Of a stretch of DNA of 24,000 nucleotides, positions 16,385 to 24,000 are shown piece by piece. Below the pieces are notes generated by a model. The model ran no database searches, was not told where the DNA came from, and worked only from the letters and a program-made list of their open reading frames with translations. The stretch covers positions 514,162 through 538,161 of the forward strand of contig NZ_JBBMXV010000001.1 in the NCBI RefSeq assembly GCF_037996645.1, given 5' to 3'. Source of the DNA: Halalkalicoccus tibetensis. GTDB lineage: Archaea > Halobacteriota > Halobacteria > Halobacteriales > Halalkalicoccaceae. Made by a program: the position numbers and the translations under genes. The first letter of the stretch is position 1. The number at the start of each line of letters is the position of its first letter.

Positions 16385-16972
16385 TCAGTCGGTGGTCCTC
16401 GCCCCGACGTTCTGCTCGCTCTCCAAACAGTTCGGATCCGGTTCGATGTTCGCGTACTCCACCGCCCGTTCGCCGAGCACGCGCACCCGCTCTGCGCTCT
16501 TCTCCTCGACGAACTCGCCGTCCTCGAAGGCGCTGCTCGCCCGGGGAACTGCCGCCTGATGCGGGAGGACCCACGCGTCGAGCGCCCGACAGACGGATCG
16601 AAGGTGTTCGAGCGCGGTGATCGGGAAGCTCCCGGCGGCGACCGCGAGCAGTCCCACGGTCTTGTCCTCGAACTCGTCGAAGCCGCAGTGGTCGAGCGCG
16701 TTCTTCAGCACGCCCGAGTACGAGCCGTGGTACATCGGCGTTCCGAGGATCACGGCGTCGGCCTCTCGCACCGCTTCGGTGAACGCCTCGACGTCCTCGG
16801 TCTCCTCGTCGTCGACGTTCAACACGGGCAGGTCGTACTCGCGGAGGTCGAGCAGCTCCCCGGTTCCCCCGGCCTCCTCGACGCCGCGGAGCGCCTCGTT
16901 CAGGGCCATCCGCGTGTGGCTGCGCTCGCGTAGGCTGCCGACGACCGCGGCGACGTGTGGTGGATCCGCCAT
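16385..16972 (-). CDS. NAD(P)H-dependent FMN reductase-family oxidoreductase
   Basis: 195 aa. VAAVVGSLRERSHTRMAL...ADAVILGTPMYHGSYSGVLKNALD shows the flavodoxin-like FMN reductase signature (SxR.S.T near the N-terminus; P.Y.GS.SG.LKNA.D). Confidence 0.85.
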   Translation of the reverse strand: MADPPHVAAVVGSLRERSHTRMALNEALRGVEEAGGTGELLDLREYDLPVLNVDDEETEDVEAFTEAVREADAVILGTPMYHGSYSGVLKNALDHCGFDEFEDKTVGLLAVAAGSFPITALEHLRSVCRALDAWVLPHQAAVPRASSAFEDGEFVEEKSAERVRVLGERAVEYANIEPDPNCLESEQNVGARTTD

Positions 16973-17002
16973 ACCGAACCGAGGGGCGAGGCCGAAGAAA
17001 AA

Positions 17003-17899
17003 CTACCGTCTGAGGCGCACCCGGTCGCCCTCGATCTCGACCAGCCCGTCGTCGGCGAGGTCCGAGACGAGCCCGCGGAGCCATTCTTCGCTGTCCTCGC
17101 CGCCGTAGTCGACCCGTACCCGGGGACCGAGCTCGTCGAGCGGGAGCTCCTCGTACTCCTTGAGCACCCGAATCGCCCGCCCTCGTTTCTGCCGGCGCGA
17201 GCCCTCGAACTTCGGCTGGGTGGGCACGTCCGGCGCGGTGAAGTCGCCGGTCTCGTAGGCCGAGCACCACTCCCGGAGGGGACAGCCCGCCTCGTCACAT
17301 TTCGGCGTTTTCCGGCAGGCGACCCCGCCCAGCTCCATGATCGCGTTGTTCCAGACGCGCGACTCGCCGGCGGGCATGAGCTCCCGCGCCGCCGCCTCGA
17401 AGGCCGCGTCGTCGTCGGGCACGTCGAACGCGCGGTAGAGCACGCGCTTGACGTTCGTATCGACCACCGCGTCGCCGTTGTCGAACGCGAAGCTCGCCAC
17501 CGCGTTTCCGGTGTAGGGGCCGACGCCCTGGAGCTCTTGGAGCCCCTCGGGCTCCTCGGGGAACTCCCCGTCGAACTCCCCGACGACCTGCCGGGCGGCC
17601 TCGTGGAGGTACTTCGCGCGGTTGTTGTAGCCCAGGCTGTGGTCGGTCCAGAACCCCACGACCTCGGAGCGGTCGGCCGCCGCGAGGCTCTCCGGGTCGG
17701 GCCAGCGCTCGAGGAACTCGCTCCAGGCCTCCTCGACCCGTTCCAGCTGCGTCTGCTGGCTCATCACCTCGCTGACGAGGATTTCATAGGCGTCGTCGGT
17801 CCGTCGCCACGGGAACTCCCGATGGTCGGCCTCGTACCACCCGATCAGCGACTCGCGTACCTCCCCGAGCTCCGTTGGCAGCGCTTCCGACCCACTCAT
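17003..17899 (-). CDS. mutY: MutY-like A/G-specific adenine DNA glycosylase (HhH-GPD family with 4Fe-4S cluster loop)
   Basis: Internal ATG (complement of 17897-17899). FPWRRTDDAYEILVSEVMSQQTQ contains the catalytic Glu context. The HhH-GPD region LQGVGPYTGNAVASFAFDNGDAVVDTNVKRVL has an Asp present and no EndoIII-type Lys. The Fe-S loop is CRKTPKCDEAGCPLREWC (C-x6-C-x2-C-x5-C). The 39 N-terminal codons of the track ORF lie in AT-rich promoter DNA, so I rejected them. Confidence 0.87.
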   Translation of the reverse strand: MSGSEALPTELGEVRESLIGWYEADHREFPWRRTDDAYEILVSEVMSQQTQLERVEEAWSEFLERWPDPESLAAADRSEVVGFWTDHSLGYNNRAKYLHEAARQVVGEFDGEFPEEPEGLQELQGVGPYTGNAVASFAFDNGDAVVDTNVKRVLYRAFDVPDDDAAFEAAARELMPAGESRVWNNAIMELGGVACRKTPKCDEAGCPLREWCSAYETGDFTAPDVPTQPKFEGSRRQKRGRAIRVLKEYEELPLDELGPRVRVDYGGEDSEEWLRGLVSDLADDGLVEIEGDRVRLRR

Positions 17900-17963
17900 C
17901 ACCCGGGAAACGCCCCCGCGCAGTTTAGTCCCCGCGATCCCGATCGCCACGATTCGTATCGCC

Positions 17964-18002
17964 AAATAGTGTAATAAAATATATGTTTGTTGAGATATAA
18001 TA
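17964..18002. promoter_or_regulatory. AT-rich divergent promoter region (mutY-like <-> AI-2E transporter), TATA-like box for a leaderless AI-2E transcript
   Basis: The segment aaatagtgtaataaaatatatgtttgttgagatataa is nearly pure A/T in an otherwise GC-rich window. The aataaaatatat element (17973-17984) lies about 20-35 nt upstream of the ATGs at 18003 and 18009, which is the spacing expected for haloarchaeal leaderless mRNAs. Confidence 0.45.
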
Positions 18003-19001
18003 ATGTGTATGAACAAACAACGGGGCTTCCTCCTCCTCGCGGTCGGGCTTTCGGGCCTGCTCGGGCTATACGTCGTGTTGCCCTTCGCGGAGTACGTCTT
18101 GGCGGCGGTCCTGCTCGCGTACGCCCTCCATCCCCTACACGTCCGTCTCGTCCCCCGGCTCGGGCCGCGCCTCTCCCCGATCGCGCTGATCGCCTTCGCG
18201 GGGACGGCGATCGTCCTCCCCTTCGCCCTCGTGTCGGCCGCGCTCGTGCGCGACCTCCGGGCGATCGCGGCGGGCGAGAGCGGCCTCCGGATCGACGAGG
18301 TCGAGGGAACTATCGCGGCCTACACCGGGCGCTCGGTCGACCTCCAGGGACTGGCGATGGCCGGGGCGGAGACGGTCTTCGATGCGACGTTCAACGGTCT
18401 CTCCGAGCTGTTCAGCGTGGCGCTCAAGGCGACGTTCGGGCTCGCGCTCGTGCTCTTCTTGCTCTACTACCTCCTGAAGGACGGGGCGTGTTTCGTCGCC
18501 TGGCTGAAGGAGGCGACGCCGCTGCCCCCGGACGTGACCGACCGGCTCTACTGCCGGATCGACGCGACCACGTGGGCGGTGATCGTCGGGCACATCTTCG
18601 TTGCGTTCGTCCAGGGGATGGCCGGCGGGATCGGGCTGTTGATCGCTGGCGTCCCCAGCCCCGTCTTCTGGACGGCCGTGATGGTGTTGCTCGCGCTGTT
18701 GCCGCTGATCGGGGCCTTCCTCGTCTGGGCGCCCGCCGGCGTCTACTTGTTGCTCGTCGGCCACCCCTCCGCCGGACTCTTCTTGCTCGTCTACGGGGTC
18801 GTCGTCGTGAGCATGATCGACAACTACGTCCGCCCGATCGTCATCGACTCGCGCGCGAGCCTCAACCCCGGCGTGGTGCTGGTCGGCGTCTTCGGCGGAA
18901 TCTACTCACTGGGCTTCGTCGGCCTGTTCGTCGGCCCGATCGTCCTCGGGATCCTGGGCGCGACCCTCTCGACGTTCACGAACGATTACAGCCGACTCTG
19001 A
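18003..19001 (+). CDS. AI-2E family transporter (PerM/UPF0118 permease family)
   Basis: 332 aa, polytopic. FLLYYLLKDG...VIVGHIFVAFVQGMAGGIGLLIAGVPSPVFWTAVMVLLALLPLIGAFLVWAPAGVYLL...SMIDNYVRPIVI is the conserved AI-2E core. The start is either the ATG at 18003 or the ATG at 18009. Confidence 0.88.
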   Translation: MCMNKQRGFLLLAVGLSGLLGLYVVLPFAEYVLAAVLLAYALHPLHVRLVPRLGPRLSPIALIAFAGTAIVLPFALVSAALVRDLRAIAAGESGLRIDEVEGTIAAYTGRSVDLQGLAMAGAETVFDATFNGLSELFSVALKATFGLALVLFLLYYLLKDGACFVAWLKEATPLPPDVTDRLYCRIDATTWAVIVGHIFVAFVQGMAGGIGLLIAGVPSPVFWTAVMVLLALLPLIGAFLVWAPAGVYLLLVGHPSAGLFLLVYGVVVVSMIDNYVRPIVIDSRASLNPGVVLVGVFGGIYSLGFVGLFVGPIVLGILGATLSTFTNDYSRL

Positions 19002-19006
19002 CGGAA

Positions 19007-19516
19007 CTAGGTGGTTCGCACCGCGTTCCGAACCCGATCGAGGACCGGATCCTGACCGAAGAGGCGTTCGTCGAACGAGCCCTTGCCCGGGCCGGCGAGG
19101 ACCAGATAGATCGACCCCACGAACATCGCGAAGTCGAGACGCCACTCGTAGAGGAACCCCCAGAGGCCGTAGAAGCTCGCGTCCACACCCCCGAACGTCA
19201 GGAACCCCGTCCCGAGCAACACGGGGAGCTTCGTCAGGACGATGGCGGTGAGCGCGACCCCCGCCAGTACGAGCGCAGCCGCCCGCGTGAACAGCCCCGC
19301 GATGAGCAACGTCCCGGCGACGATCTCGATGCCCGCGACGCCACCGGCGAAAAGTTCCGGGGCGGGGAGGCCGAGTCCCTCGAACCGACCAACCCCACGC
19401 TCCGCAGGATTGATGAGTTTGTTCAGCCCCTCGGTGAGGAAGACGAACCCCACCGCGAAGCGGATCAGGAACGCCCACGGCGACGTCTCGGTTCGGAACA
19501 GCTCTCTGAGGTCCAT
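19007..19516 (-). CDS. DoxX-family membrane protein
   Basis: 169 aa. FLIRFAVGFVFLTEGLNKL...GIEIVAGTLLIAGLFTRAAALVLAGVALTAI... fits the four-helix DoxX pattern. Confidence 0.82.
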   Translation of the reverse strand: MDLRELFRTETSPWAFLIRFAVGFVFLTEGLNKLINPAERGVGRFEGLGLPAPELFAGGVAGIEIVAGTLLIAGLFTRAAALVLAGVALTAIVLTKLPVLLGTGFLTFGGVDASFYGLWGFLYEWRLDFAMFVGSIYLVLAGPGKGSFDERLFGQDPVLDRVRNAVRTT

Positions 19517-19765
19517 TGCGTTTTCACCTGGGTGCGCGGATAAAATAGAGGGGCGGCACGGTTCCTATGGTCCGATAAGTACCCGAAGCGTTTTCAGGGA
19601 TGGTGACTCGGTTCGGGGGATCACTGGCCCCGACCACGAATGTATGGTTTCTTGGAGACACGGCGGGATCGGCTCCTCGCCGAAGAGGGAGGCGTCGAGC
19701 GAGCGAAAACGGACAGCCTTGCTTCGACCCGGCCCCGTTTACGTCGCAGTGCGCTATCCCGGGCG

Positions 19766-20526
<761 letters not shown>

Positions 20527-20578
20527 CGAGCACGCGGGAAGTCGAAACCCGTATTCCGCCACCGGCCCGACCGGGGGT

Positions 20579-20905
20579 ATGAGCCTCGACGACTTCACGA
20601 CCGACGTCGAATCGGCCTATTCGGAGCTCGACGACGAGCTGTCGGTGAGCCTCGACAGCCAGACGAAAAACGAGCTCGCCGTTCTGAGTGCTACCCTCGG
20701 CCCCGAAAGTACGGACGACCTCGTGCGCCGGGCGGTTCATCTGCTCTTTCAGTCGACGACGGACTCCGGCCAGCTCGACATGCACCTCCGGCGGAACTAC
20801 GACGTGACCTACGACGAGTACCTCTCGGGGATGACCTACGAGGAGATGAGCGGCGGGGTCTCGCCGAGCCAGCCCGACGACAAGGAGCGGCGCTACCAGT
20901 TCTAA
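20579..20905 (+). CDS. Small acidic hypothetical protein
   Basis: 108 aa with an ATG start, acidic composition and GC-rich third codon positions typical of the neighbouring genes. MSLDDFTTDVESAYSELDDELSV...STDDLVRRAVHLLFQS... may contain a short ribbon-helix-helix-like helix. A hairpin plus T-tract follows the stop. I recognise no family. Confidence 0.55.
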   Translation: MSLDDFTTDVESAYSELDDELSVSLDSQTKNELAVLSATLGPESTDDLVRRAVHLLFQSTTDSGQLDMHLRRNYDVTYDEYLSGMTYEEMSGGVSPSQPDDKERRYQF

Positions 20906-20916
20906 CGAAAGCCCTC

Positions 20917-20948
20917 GAAATTCGCTGGCGCGAATTTCTCGCCCTTTT
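20917..20948 (+). terminator. Hairpin (9-bp perfect stem, 4-nt loop) followed by a T4 tract, downstream of 20579..20905
   Basis: GAAATTCGC-tggc-GCGAATTTC (20917-20938), then tcgcccTTTT (T4 at 20945-20948), starting 12 nt after the stop codon. Confidence 0.45.
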
Positions 20949-20968
20949 CATGTCCGCCAGGCCGCGTT

Positions 20969-20996
20969 GCGAGGAGTTCGGGTTCGAACTCCTCGC
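20969..20996. other. Perfect 12-bp inverted repeat / hairpin with 4-nt loop
   Basis: GCGAGGAGTTCG-ggtt-CGAACTCCTCGC. I checked all 12 pairs by hand and all are Watson-Crick. It is intergenic and its function is unknown. Confidence 0.6.
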
Positions 20997-21021
20997 TAAA
21001 CAGACCAGCCTTTCCCCGCCC

Positions 21022-21059
21022 CGCGAACAAAGCCGCCGGAAGTGGCGGCTTCGTTCGCG
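21022..21059. other. 16-bp imperfect inverted repeat / hairpin (1 A-C mismatch, 6-nt loop)
   Basis: cGCGAACAAAGCCGCC-ggaagt-GGCGGCTTCGTTCGCg. It lies 33 nt downstream (minus-strand sense) of the aminotransferase stop at 21092. No adjacent T-tract appears on either strand. Confidence 0.5.
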
Positions 21060-21091
21060 CCGGCCACCGCGACCACATCCGACTCGATTGG

Positions 21092-22435
21092 TCACTCTTC
21101 GGCGGCCGCGATCGCCTCACAGAGCAGGTCGATCCCGATCTCGATCTCCCGCTCGGTGACGCCGAGCGGCGGGAGCAGTCGAAGGGTTTTGTAGCCACAG
21201 CCCAGCGTCAGCAGCCCCCGCTCCAGCGCGGCCTCGATGACCGCCTCGCGCCGTTTCTTGGAATCGAACTCGACGGCGAGCATCAGCCCCCTTCCACGGA
21301 CGTCGACGACTCCCTCGGGCTCGGCGTCCCGAAGCAGCTCCTTGGTCTGCTCGCCGCGCTCTCGGGCGTTCTTCAGGAGCCCTTCCTCGCGGATGGCGTC
21401 GATGGTCAGCGCGCCCTGCATCGCGGCGACGACGTCGCCGGCACCCCACGTCGAGGAGATCCGGGCGTCCTCGTCGGGGAAGACGTCCGAGCGGGAGATC
21501 GTCGCGCCCACGCGGAGTCCCTTCGCACACGAGATCACGTCGGGCTCGATCGGGAAGTGATCGGAGCCCCACATCTCGCCCGTGCGTCCGAGGCCCGTCT
21601 GGATCTCGTCGGCGATCAGCAGCACGTCGTGTTCGGCACACACCTCCCGGATCTCGCGCATGAACGACTCGCTCGGGATCCGGTAGCCCCCTTCGCCTTG
21701 GATCGGCTCGACGACGAGGTACGCGAGGTCCTCCAGGGGAACGTGGCCCGTTTCGGGATCGAGCTTGCTCGCGAGCGCCGACCCGTCCTCGCGGAAGAAC
21801 CCACAGCCACACGTCTCCGGCGTACAGTTCCTGTCCGAACAGTACGGCACGTCGGTGAGCCCCGAGATCTCGGGGTAGCCCTTTCGCTGGACGGACTTCG
21901 ACCGGTTGAGGCTGAGCGCGCCCAGCGTGCGGCCGTGAAAGCCGCCCTCGAAGACGATTCCGCGGGTTCCTCCCGAAGCGTCGTAGCAGATCTTGATCGC
22001 GTTCTCGACGGACTCAGCCCCGGAGTTCGAGAGGAAGACCCGGTCCATCCCGTACTCGCCCGTGATCTCGACCAGCCGGTCCATGAGCTGGGTTGGGCCG
22101 GGAAACTCGGGGTCGGTCGGGGAGCCGGGCGAGCCGGCGTAGAAGTCCTGGCCGGCGATCTTCGTCGGGTCGGGGAGGTCGAGCTCGGCGAAGCGCTCGC
22201 GCAGCAGGGGGTTGTTGTAGCCCAGCGGGGCAGCCGCGACGTGGCTCGTGAAGTCGAGCAGGACGTTGCCGTCGACGTCGGTACAGAACGGGCCCGCGGC
22301 CTCGGCGGTGACGTCCCAGACGAAGTCGTAGACGTAGGTGCTTCTGGCGGCGGTTCGGCGGTGGTGGGCGGCCCACTCGCGGGCGCGCTCGCCGGGCATC
22401 TCGCGGACCCGGGGTACCGCCGTTTCTCGGTCCAT
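21092..22435 (-). CDS. Class-III (omega) PLP-dependent aminotransferase
   Basis: 447 aa. NSGAESVENAIK, EPIQGEGGYRIPS, LLIADEIQTGLGRTGEMWG and the PLP-lysine block VISCAKGLRVG are class-III aminotransferase signatures (GABA/ornithine/acetylornithine aminotransferase-like). Substrate cannot be assigned from sequence alone. Confidence 0.9.
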   Translation of the reverse strand: MDRETAVPRVREMPGERAREWAAHHRRTAARSTYVYDFVWDVTAEAAGPFCTDVDGNVLLDFTSHVAAAPLGYNNPLLRERFAELDLPDPTKIAGQDFYAGSPGSPTDPEFPGPTQLMDRLVEITGEYGMDRVFLSNSGAESVENAIKICYDASGGTRGIVFEGGFHGRTLGALSLNRSKSVQRKGYPEISGLTDVPYCSDRNCTPETCGCGFFREDGSALASKLDPETGHVPLEDLAYLVVEPIQGEGGYRIPSESFMREIREVCAEHDVLLIADEIQTGLGRTGEMWGSDHFPIEPDVISCAKGLRVGATISRSDVFPDEDARISSTWGAGDVVAAMQGALTIDAIREEGLLKNARERGEQTKELLRDAEPEGVVDVRGRGLMLAVEFDSKKRREAVIEAALERGLLTLGCGYKTLRLLPPLGVTEREIEIGIDLLCEAIAAAEE

Positions 22436-22475
22436 GCGACGGGGTCGCAGTCCGGGGAGGTAAGTCTTGCCGGCT

Positions 22476-23729
22476 TCACAGCAACACTGCCGCGGTCGCG
22501 ACCCCGGTCACGGCCACCAGCACGCCGGTCCAGATCGCGACCTGCCGGGCGAACTCGCGGTTCGGGCTCGTGGCGGCGAGCGCCGCCTTGACGACGAGGC
22601 TCGAAACGGTCGCGAGCAGGATGGCGATCACGGCCACGTCGTGTTCGAGCGAGCCGGTCCGATACAGCACGACCGCGGAGGTCGCCGCGCCGGCGCTCGA
22701 CACTAACCCGGAGAGCGCCGCCGTCGCGTAGAAGCCGGCGGTCCCCAGGTGGGCCTCCGCGAACGCCCCCGCGACGACGATCAGCAGGAAGATCGCGCCG
22801 AACCCGAGCGCGTTGCGAAGCGAGAAGGGGCTCTCGAGCTCCATCTCGACCTCCTCGTCCCAGTCGGCGATCACTCCGGCGATGAGAAACGAGCCGAGGA
22901 CCACCGCGGCCAGCGGGACGATCGCGCCGAACAGCGGCGCCTCGATGGTGAACGCGAGCGCGATCCCGAGGTTGCGCACGGCCATCGCGGCGTCGGCCAG
23001 CAGGATCGCTGCCACGGCGTAGGAGGCCGACGAGGGGCGCTGGCGGACGTGGTCGAGCATCGTCCCGACCACCGCCGTCGAGGAGGCCAGCCCGCCGAAG
23101 AAGCCGGTGATGGCGATCCCCCGCCCGCCGTAGCTGTTGACGATCGCGTAGTTGACGATCCCGATCCCCGCGACGGTGACGACCATCAGCCAGATCACGC
23201 GCGGCTCGACGGCCACCTCGAAGCCGGCGGCGCCGATCGGGACGTCGCCCGCCGGGAGCAGCGGGTAGATCACGAACGCCAGCACCGCGAACTCGGTCGT
23301 CGAGCGCAGCTCCTCGCGGCTCATCCCCCACGCGAAGCTGTGGAGCTCGCGCTTCAACACGAGCAACAGCGAGGACAGCACCGCGACGGTGACGCCCTCG
23401 ACCAGCCGCCCCGCGCCGACGAGCACGCCGACGCCGTAGGCGACCAGCATCGAGACGCTGGTCGTCAGCGAGAGCCCCGACTCCTCGACGAGCAACCCCT
23501 GGACCGCGAGCAACAGCCCCTGGACCGCGACGAACAGCCCGCCGATCGCGAGCAACAGCGGCTGATCGAGGACGGTGAAGACCGCGGCCAGCAGGCTGAT
23601 CAGCGAGAACGTCCGGATCCCGGCGGACTTGTGCGACCACTCGCGTTCGAGCCCCAGAAAGAGCCCGAGCGCGCCGGCCAGCACGATCCGAAGCAGGTCG
23701 CCGTCGATCGCGAGGCCGACGCTGTTCAC
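22476..23729 (-). CDS. MgtC/SapB-family membrane protein with C-terminal DUF4010-like domain
   Basis: 417 aa with a GTG start. The N-terminus LLRIVLAGALGLFLGLEREWSHKSAGIRTFSLISL is the MgtC signature (G.ERE....AG.RT). It is followed by about 10 further hydrophobic helices, as in MgtC+DUF4010 fusions. Confidence 0.84.
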   Translation of the reverse strand: MNSVGLAIDGDLLRIVLAGALGLFLGLEREWSHKSAGIRTFSLISLLAAVFTVLDQPLLLAIGGLFVAVQGLLLAVQGLLVEESGLSLTTSVSMLVAYGVGVLVGAGRLVEGVTVAVLSSLLLVLKRELHSFAWGMSREELRSTTEFAVLAFVIYPLLPAGDVPIGAAGFEVAVEPRVIWLMVVTVAGIGIVNYAIVNSYGGRGIAITGFFGGLASSTAVVGTMLDHVRQRPSSASYAVAAILLADAAMAVRNLGIALAFTIEAPLFGAIVPLAAVVLGSFLIAGVIADWDEEVEMELESPFSLRNALGFGAIFLLIVVAGAFAEAHLGTAGFYATAALSGLVSSAGAATSAVVLYRTGSLEHDVAVIAILLATVSSLVVKAALAATSPNREFARQVAIWTGVLVAVTGVATAAVLL

Positions 23730-23767
23730 GGCCCTCCTACTGTGTGATTCGTGTTAACGCCTCCGTT

Positions 23768-24000
23768 TCAGAGGTCGACGTAGTGCGTCTCCCACTCGCG
23801 GCGGGCCTCGATCTCGCGGCGCCCGCGGCGGGTGAGCGCGTAGTAGTTCGTCCGCCGGTCGCGTTGGCCCTTCTCGACGAGCCCCTTGTCGACGAGCGTA
23901 TCGAGGTTGGGATAGAGCCGCCCGTGATGGATCTCCGTCTCGTAGTACTCCTCCAGGGTCTCCTTGATCGCCAGCCCGTGTGGTTCGTCGCGCCCCCCGA
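23768..24000 (-). CDS. PadR-family winged-helix transcriptional regulator, C-terminal part (N-terminus beyond the right window edge)
   Basis: My own minus-strand translation is ...GGRDEPHGLAIKETLEEYYETEIHHGRLYPNLDTLVDKGLVEKGQRDRRTNYYALTRRGRREIEARREWETHYVDL*. The G.LYP.L..L...GLV...........YY.LT..G pattern is characteristic of PadR. The stop is the complement of 23768-23770. Confidence 0.8.
   Translation of the reverse strand, partial: GGRDEPHGLAIKETLEEYYETEIHHGRLYPNLDTLVDKGLVEKGQRDRRTNYYALTRRGRREIEARREWETHYVDL

Noticed and set aside
17987-19543. 518-aa plus-strand ORF covering the AI-2E gene in another frame and the antisense of DoxX
   Set aside because: Its Arg/Pro/Gly-rich composition is typical of an off-frame artefact. 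The AI-2E and DoxX frames give coherent membrane proteins with family motifs.
20969-20996. GGTTCGAA motif reminiscent of a tRNA T-arm, so a possible tRNA or tRNA fragment
   Set aside because: The motif sits in a perfect 12-bp hairpin with a 4-nt loop, not a 5-bp stem with a 7-nt T-loop. The roughly 50 nt upstream contain no D-arm, anticodon-arm or acceptor pairing, so it is not a tRNA.
21616-23640. 674-aa minus-strand ORF spanning the aminotransferase and MgtC genes out of frame
   Set aside because: It is an Arg-rich off-frame artefact that bridges two independently supported genes.

Overview
High-G+C (about two-thirds GC by eye), gene-dense sequence that reads as a haloarchaeal (Halobacteria-type) chromosome. 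The predicted proteins are strongly acidic, two carry twin-arginine (Tat) signal peptides, and several genes are archaeal housekeeping types (Pelota, Elp3, NFACT/RqcH, RecJ-like DHH protein). Intergenic spacers are short and AT-rich, with TATA-like boxes about 25-30 nt upstream of several start codons (leaderless style). I call 24 protein-coding loci, 20 on the minus strand; two are cut by the window edges and one is frameshifted. I found no rRNA, tRNA, CRISPR array, transposase or integrase, prophage remnant, or recognisable defence or toxin-antitoxin gene. This looks like core chromosome rather than an accessory island, so I cannot support a clearly novel system. The points most worth a second look are: (1) a tightly spaced co-directional cluster rqcH - DUF4013 - DUF4013 - pelota, which links two ribosome-rescue factors to two uncharacterised membrane proteins; (2) a start/stop-overlapping pair made of an amphi-Trp/YegP(DUF1508) fusion protein and a Trp/acid-rich SHOCT membrane protein, next to a third DUF4013 paralog; (3) a zinc-knuckle/S1/OB/DHH RecJ-like protein whose catalytic motifs look degenerate, sitting just upstream of elp3; (4) three strong consecutive hairpins in a 186-bp convergent intergenic spacer; (5) a hyper-acidic Tat lipoprotein; (6) a single-base frameshift splitting an SDR oxidoreductase; (7) a 20-codon upstream ORF whose stop overlaps the GTG start of a DUF4013 gene. 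The many long Arg/Pro/Gly-rich ORFs in the track, antisense or in alternate frames, are high-GC artefacts.
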